Positions 56,833 through 64,000 of a stretch of DNA of 64,000 nt are shown piece by piece; positions within the stretch are counted from its first letter, which is position 1; every line of letters begins with the position of its first letter. Below the pieces are notes generated by a model. That model made no database searches, had not been told where the DNA came from, and saw nothing but the letters and a program-made list of their open reading frames with translations. The translations under genes were made by a program, and so were the position numbers. Source of the stretch: Trichoplax adhaerens (taxonomy: Eukaryota; Animalia; Placozoa); the NCBI RefSeq assembly GCF_000150275.1, contig NW_002060957.1:980445-1044444 (forward strand). The letters run 5' to 3'.

Positions 56833-58100
56833 CTTTCCATGCAAGTTTGGGTAAAATTTGTAACGGTACGGGGTAACAAATGGTTTTATAATTGTTGCCT
56901 AGATTTTACCACTTATAAACAGTGTCAATTAGGCATGTCAATATGGCTGATTGCAAATAGAAATGATAGAATAAATTCAACAATTTACTTTCCATTTTAT
57001 TACTTGAAATTTCCTTCATGATAAAGCATGACGATATCGAAATGAGGCTTACTTATGCATATTAAAAGAATCTTCAATTTGTTTTTAGTATAACCCAGGC
57101 TAATACCATCACACTATGTAAGTGTTTATATCTATACAGAGTCGTATTGCTAGAGGATTAATTTAACAAGCGCTTACACTTCCTAGATATCTGAGCGAAC
57201 GCCATCGCTGTAAAAGATTATGCGTTTATTTTGTAACAGTCGAGATCTAAAGAAATCATACGACATGATATTACTGATAGGATATTTAATACGGCCTCGT
57301 GTGCAATTATGCGGCGAAATAAAACCAATATGACTCCTATTTTAAACAGACTGGGCAAACAATTTCATTGCCTTCCATTCTTTCAATGACGTCTGATAGC
57401 AAAGTTATATCGAATTTGAAATAATCATCTACCACAGATTGTAAGAGCTTTTTCTCTACCATGTCGAAATAAATCAAATCAAATAATGATAATTTAGAGG
57501 CTAGTTGTCGAAAGTAATCGTCGTAGTGTAATAGTCAAACAAGGAATCCTACTTCAATGTCACACTAAGAATCGCATCGTTACAGTATAAGCTAAAACTA
57601 GTAATGATTGTTTATTATTTATCAAACCTTCTTTAATTAAGGTTAATTCTTCTTCCATTTCTCCAAAACTGATAGGACATACTCAGCTCTATCAAAATTT
57701 TCTTACTTTTAAGTCTAAAATATTACCAAGGCAAAAGATGATGAAAACGTGATAAACATTAATTTTCAGTGACTATTGAATTGATCTACTAACGTAATAT
57801 ATAAGATAATGATTGATACGGTAAAGGGTCCTACTATATATCACGATTGCGTAAAGTGCCTCTTTCAAAAAAAGAAATGAGATGATTGAATAAGATTAGT
57901 AAAAGAATAGAAATATAAGAAAGCAAGCGGCCAGTTGGTCGGTGTTGATCGATGTCGTGATGATCAATTTCAGGAGAATTTGTTCGCACCATACTGTTAT
58001 TAAGGCAAACGTAATTAGCCATTCGTTCAATTCTCGTCAATTTCTTATGTTTCTTTTACCATTTTCTGGCAGTCGATTAATAGAGTAATATTAGCAGTCT
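56833..58100 (-). pseudogene. RPAIN: Unprocessed (intron-containing) pseudogene of RPA-interacting protein
   Basis: Collinear exon relics: LY*STARKW...IERM (~58090-58020); VLSVL/EMEEEL..IKE (to 57628); EKKLLQSVVDDYFKFDITLLSDVIERMEGNEIVCPVCLK (57455-57341); SRLLQNKRIIFYSDGVRSDI*E (57246-57180); CDGISLGYTKNKL/DSFNMH (57113-57053). Contains stops, frameshifts and a GT>AT donor. Confidence 0.72.
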
Positions 58101-59023
58101 AATACAAAAATTCTCATCCTACTTGCTTAGGGTAGAGTCAGAGAATTCCCTAGTAGAGTATCGTCGATAGGCTAGTTAACCGTACTGTACAGTCAATCTG
58201 ATGGACATAAAATATTTTGTTAACAATATTTAATGCCCTGCTTCAGTAAATCAGAATAACTAATTTTATATATATAATGATGCATACTACTGAATCTGTA
58301 CTAATCTAAATTGAATAGATTAAGTAAGCCGTATCCAAACGTAAGACATAGATATCAATTATGTAGTATATCTGAATTTGTATTACTTCAAATCAAGTAA
58401 CGAAGTTCCAATGTGGTTTCATAAATTGATATTACGTATGCTTTTGATAAAATACTAATTCTTGATACTTGAATAGTTTTAAATGAGCTTTTGATTCTAG
58501 TTTTATTTCAATGCTTAAACGTTAACAACAGGAAAATCGATATTACAATTATTATTTTTAGTCAAATTAAGGAAAGCAAGGTATAAAATATCCTATCATG
58601 GCAGTGCCATGACAGAGAATTATAATACTGATAATTACTATTTTACGAGTATTCACGTACAGTAAGATGAAATAGCTTTAATAATATTATATTGCAGTAA
58701 ATATATACAATTTTAAATTTCAAGTAATGTAAGAGCACCAGATTATACATTCCATAAATAACAATATTGATATATGACTAGACAACAAAAAGATGTTTGA
58801 TTATATAGCTTATCCAAAGCACTTGTACATTCCGAATTCAATGATAAAACTGATAACAATAGTAAGTACATTCGAGACCATATTCTTTCTTACGTAGAAA
58901 GTTTAGCAGTTTCCTGTGACAAGACTCTTCACTTGCATTTATAAATATTTATTTATGCCTACAATAATGCAACGTTAGGTAATGGAATAAAATCTATACA
59001 AGTTTTACCTATTCATAGCAACC

Positions 59024-61028
59024 TTAGAATCTTAAAGGTCGAGTTGTAGCCATTCCTTCATTTTCACTAACTTCTTTAGCTATACTTGAGTAAGCAGTAA
59101 AGCGGTCTAAACTTTTTTTCGTAATTGCTTCTGCTAGATTTTGTTCAACTCTTTCACAGCACTAATATAATAAATACATTATTTTTATTATTCAATCCCA
59201 ATTTTATACCTGCTTCAATGAAGTAACGAGTAAAACCTCTGAATAATGAATAATATTATATGCAAACCTCATCAATAAGTGTAGACGCCAATAGTCTCTC
59301 ATGATCTGCTGTCGGTAAATTACTACTGATCGCTTTACTTGCTCTAGATAATACTGCAGCCATAGAGTAAATATCAATTGTAGCGTTGGCTATGCGGGTT
59401 AATATAAACTGCTGGTCGACGATATTTCGGCCATGTTGGATTAGTATCTTTTCTATCGTAGCACCAAATTCTTCAATGCGTTGTGTAATCATCTTAGCAC
59501 AATCGCTTAGTTCAGGTGCAGTTACCTCGAGTAGCTCTTGACTGTCAGCCTTGCCTATAAGACGTTTCGATCGTTTAACACCTTGATTCCATAGTGTACC
59601 GAAATTGGAGATTGGCTGCTGCAACGCTTTCTGTAGTTCTTTCATATTCTTTCCAGCATACTGAATACCGTTTAAGGCAATAAATTGGCGTAAAACATCG
59701 TTGGCACCTTCAAATATACGACAAACTCGTGCATCTCTCATGAAACGTTCTGCTTGATTTTCTCTCATAAATCCCATACCAGCTAATATTTGTATGCAAT
59801 CATCGCTTACTTTCCAAGCTGATTCAGAACTTAATACTTTACTGATAGCAGCTTCAACTTGAAATTCTTTAATGCCTCTATCCATGTTATTACTCACAGC
59901 ATAGGCGACCGATTCGACAGCGTAGTGAGTGAGACCCATTTGAGCAATTTTTTCTTGTATTGATTGATATTCGATTAAATGCCGGCCAAATTGAACTCGA
60001 TTTTTAGCATGCTCGATAGTTTTAGTCATTAAGGTTCGAATTATACCAGTCATGGTGGCGCCCATAGCATATCGACCTTCATTGAGTATATTCATAGCTA
60101 CTTTAAAACCCTCACCGACTTTACCTATCACGTTCTCTACTGGTATTTTGACATCATCGAAATAGACTGCCGTAGTATTGGATGACCTTATTCCCATCTT
60201 TTTCTCTGGAGGACCGCTAGTAACACCGCCGAAATCTCTCTCTACTATAAAAGCTGTCACTGCTTGAGATTCTTTATCGGAATCGTTCTTCTTGATTGGA
60301 ACTTGAGCGAATACAGTCATCACATCGGCTATGCCGCCATTGCTAATCCATATTTTGTTGCCATTTAATATGTAATGCTTGCCATCATCATCAAGGACAG
60401 CTGTGCTACGGATAGAATTGGCATCCGATCCAGCTGAGGGTTCGGTTAAACAAAAAGCAGCAATTTTATCGCCAGTTGCTAAACTTGGTAAATACTTTTG
60501 CTTTTGTTGCTCGTTGCCAAAGAGTACGATCCCTTTATAACCGATGGCTTGATGGCCGGCCATAAATACGGCAATGGATAAATCGAACGATCCTATGATT
60601 TCAGATATTCGTGCATATTGTGTTCTCTTTAATTGCATTCCACCATATTCTTGCGGAGCTTGCATACCAAGGGCACCAAGCTCCTTCAGTACTTCGATCG
60701 ATTTCTTGGGCAATTTTTCATCCAGATCACATTGCGATGCATCATGAACTTCACGGAAATATTTCTCCAAGGGATCAATCATAAGTTTGACTGTGTCTTT
60801 GGATTCATCATCGAGTGCATCAGGGTAAGGGAATAGCTGTTGTGTTTTCACATTACCACAGTAAACACCTAAAGCAAATGAAGAATCCATATGATGGATT
60901 GCTATTGGCTGATCTGATAGAAGACGTAGACGATTGATTGCCATACCATGATGATGAATTTTAATGCCACTATGACAGTAGCGAAAAATTCTTGACGTTG
61001 AATTAATGGTAAATCGCAATTGAGACAT
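59024..61028 (-). CDS. ACADVL: Mitochondrial very-long-chain acyl-CoA dehydrogenase; coding exons 61028-59268 and 59161-59024
   Basis: SFALGVYCG..FPYP, AFCLTEPSAGSDA, NGNKIWISNGG, GPPEKKMGIR, FQVEAAISKV, RIFEGAND (catalytic Glu) and the VLCAD C-terminal extension ending RPLRF*. Arg/Ser-rich presequence. The ORF-track Met at 61061 falls in a probable 5'UTR intron (donor GTGAGT 61216, acceptor 61033). Confidence 0.92.
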
Positions 61029-62014
61029 AATACTATCAAATAAGATAGAAAGAGGTATCATTAATTACTCAAGAAGCCAATCATTACTTCACAAAACCAA
61101 TACAATATAATTGGTCATATTTATAGCAGCTTTTAACTTTCCATAATTTACAGTACAGTCATCAGTCGTGTAAAACATGAAGATGACACTATCTTTCCAC
61201 GTTACTTGATACTCACCATAAGGAATGGAAGTCGCAACGAAGGATAGGAGAAAGATGAAAAGCCAACCGCTAGCGTTCTTGCTCACTTTTGACTACTGTA
61301 AAATAGTGTATAAGTTAACATATATATGACATATACACTACACGTATGTTACGTTAACTGTTAACTAGTACAGTATCATAAATAAACAAATCCCGCCTTA
61401 AATCGTAAAAGGCTAATCGTGGAAGTTGTAGTGCTGCATACAGTACATACTGTCTGATGTCTACTGTGTACACATCATATGTTATGGAATGTAGGACCAT
61501 TACTAATTACAATAACTGGTAGCATCCTGCTGGCGGTCTCCCTTATGTTTATTGTTCATCTACATTTTACTATATTAATTTACACTATATCCTGTATCCG
61601 TATAATTATGTTTTTCTTCAGATATGTATCATATTATAATTGTACAAGATGATGCTGATCATCATGGCAACCATAACGTTAATGCATATTACTCGTTCAT
61701 CCACAATGTCAAGCAAGATTGCAGACGTTCTTCCTTTAATGATGGCTGATTAGCATATTGACTTAATCTAGTGCAAACCCTATTGTGCACAGTAATGTGA
61801 TCGATGGCAGTCGATAGAATTGCATTTAGGAGATGATTGCAATTAAGCAATGAGAATACTGTAAATAGTTACCGATGTAAGACAGCATCATCCTGCTAGC
61901 ACAAGATAGTTTCTATCGCACCTCTGTACTAGGAACAAAGTGATATCAAGCGACTCTTGTTTACTACAAAAAAAGTCAAGCCCGATGTAAACATCGAGCA
62001 TACGCCTAAATAGT

Positions 62015-62518
62015 AAATGGCTTGTAGAGCAATTCTTTGTTCGCAAAGATGATTGCTGGTTAAAATAAAATCACTTGGTTTATCCTAATAGATGTAGAAA
62101 TAATCAACGTGTTAATGAATGGCTTCTAGAGCAATTCTTTGCTGCCAAAGATGACTACCAGTTAAAATAAAATCACTTGGTTTATCCTAATAGATGTAGA
62201 AATAATCAACGTGTAAATGAATGGCTTCTAGAGTAATTCTTTGTTCTCAAAGATGACTAGTGGTTAAAATAAAATCGCTTGATTTATCCTAATGGATGTA
62301 GAAATAATCAACGTGTTAATGAATGGCTTGTAGAGTAATTCTTTGTTGTCAAAGACGACTACTAGTTAAAATAAAATCAATTGGTTTACCCTAATAGATG
62401 TAGAAACAATCAACGTGTTAATGAATGTTTTCTAAAGTAATTTCTTAGTTGTCAAAGATGACTACTAGTTAAAATAAAATTACTTGATTTATCCTAACAG
62501 ATTTAGAAATAATCAATG
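62015..62518. repeat. Tandem array, ~102-bp unit, 5 copies
   Basis: aatggctt.tagag.aattcttt...gttaaaataaaatcacttggtttatcctaatagatgtagaaataatcaacgtg at ~62016, 62119, 62220, 62322, 62424. Confidence 0.93.
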
Positions 62519-63540
62519 CGAAGAATTTACAAATGCGGTGACTTTACGCCTTAAAGTTAAATGAAAAGGCAAATCGCAAAAGAGACAGTTACCAGAAAGT
62601 AGCAAAATATCATAAATTAATGCGAAGACTAATGTATATGGAAAGGAATAGATTCGAAAAATGGACATGGTTCATAATTTTTTACATATAGTAACAATGG
62701 AACTGACTCATATGAGAGGACTAGTATGCATAATTGCATATGGAGATCTTGATTTATAAACAGTTCAATGCACCTATAAAAATTACACATAGCCCTGAGA
62801 TATGAATTTAGGGCAAACCTTGACTGCATCAATTTTAGACCTCAGTATATTTTAATTAATTTCTGAAATCAATCCCTTTGCCCAGTTGTCTATTTAATCA
62901 AGAGAACGAAAGCATCCTTTCACTTTATTTAAGGCGATGCAAGTGTCGATAGATTATCCTGAACTGCTATCTCTGGTCTAAAAGGCATTTAACCATTTAC
63001 ACAGCTCACTTATCACGAGCCAATTTCGATTCATTGCCTTAAACGTATGGCATTAATATGCTATAAATGACGCAAATAGCAGATAAGATAGGACTAGCAA
63101 ATCTAGCAATAATGATCGACCTGAGTTTCAATACCTTCTAGTGCTCCTACTTAGCCATAAATCAACCTTTTTAACGAGCCACTCTTGATATTAACCTTCC
63201 ACTTGAGGGAATAATTGTTTTCTAATGTAGTGATCAGCTGATTTCAAAGTGAGCTTGTCCTCAAACTACGCAAATAAAGGACATTTTGTAATTTAAAACT
63301 GTTCGATTCGATATGTAGTTTTTACTTTGTCTAAGAAAAAAGCTTTCGCAGTCTCATCAAAATAGTTTACTGTAGAAGAGTCATCAACCCCAAGCATGAA
63401 AATTGAGACGATAGTAACATATCATAAATAGCTATGATAATATTCATTTTGGATATTTGAATGCCTAATTCTAGTTTTTCCGTAGCAGTTATATTCAATG
63501 CACTAGAGTAATATTGCAATCATATTGATACTGAACCAAA

Positions 63541-63801
63541 ATGCCGGATTCCTGCTGTGTGATAGGATGCAAAAATAGAAGAATAGGAAATCGTCTGAGT
63601 TTTTATCGAATACCGAGAGCATGCACTGCCAAAGAAATTCATCGTCGTCAACTTTGGTTAAAAGCAATCAATCGATCCAATTGGTCTACCAAGAAGATTG
63701 CTAATGCTCGAATATCTAGCCAACATTTTACTACAGGTTTGTTCTCCCAGTGGAAATACTACAATATGCTCAACGCTGTACGCTGGAATAATAACCAGTA
63801 G
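63541..63801 (+). pseudogene. Degenerate THAP zinc-finger ORF, probable DNA-transposon relic
   Basis: MPDSCCVIGCKN...SFYRIP...RRQLWLKAINR...ARISSQHFTTG fits the THAP consensus, but the third Zn-binding Cys of CSxHF is Ser. No continuing open exon was found before the window end. Confidence 0.75.
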
Positions 63802-64000
63802 GTCTGATCAGTTCTGACCTAATATCCGGTGTTAATTAGGGGTTGCATTATTTGGTCTTTCTACTATCTTACTAGGCACAGGTTTATCTTGTCCGTATCA
63901 TGCAGCCTAATTTTAATTGTTGATGATATACAAGGTTATATTGTAAAGGGTATCAGAAGATTTCATAACGATATCCTAACCGTATAGACTACAGTTACAT

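Noticed and set aside
61089-61286. 65-aa ORF upstream of ACADVL
   Set aside because: GTG start, and it crosses a strong GTGAGT donor; better explained as 5'UTR exon plus intron.
62929-63042. TTAA-GGCGATG...CATTGCC-TTAA mini-element
   Set aside because: The inverted repeat is only 7 bp with a mismatch and does not extend; cannot be supported without other copies.

Overview
AT-rich eukaryotic (animal) genomic DNA with many short GT-AG introns and two 50-N assembly gaps. The compact, intron-rich, ancestral-looking genes suggest an early-branching metazoan such as the placozoan Trichoplax (inference only). Spliced genes reconstructed by hand: a VPS9D1-like Rab GEF with a very large acidic insertion (+), an SLC15/PepT oligopeptide transporter (-), EFHB (+), SMIM15 (-, largely missed by the ORF track), an uncharacterised Cys/His-rich ~200-aa protein (-), kinesin KIF9 with a His-rich exon and an upstream RFX X-box (-), and ACADVL (-), which has a single coding intron at the ancestral last position. 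Between KIF9 and ACADVL lies an intron-containing RPAIN pseudogene that is essentially absent from the ORF track. A degenerate THAP ORF ends the window. Two non-genic islands (1-7.6 kb, 21-31 kb) hold ORF relics, several unrelated 90-240 bp tandem arrays and a ~1.85 kb duplication across a gap. Tandem arrays and TACTGTA clusters repeatedly sit near gene 5' ends. No CRISPR array, rRNA or tRNA was recognised.
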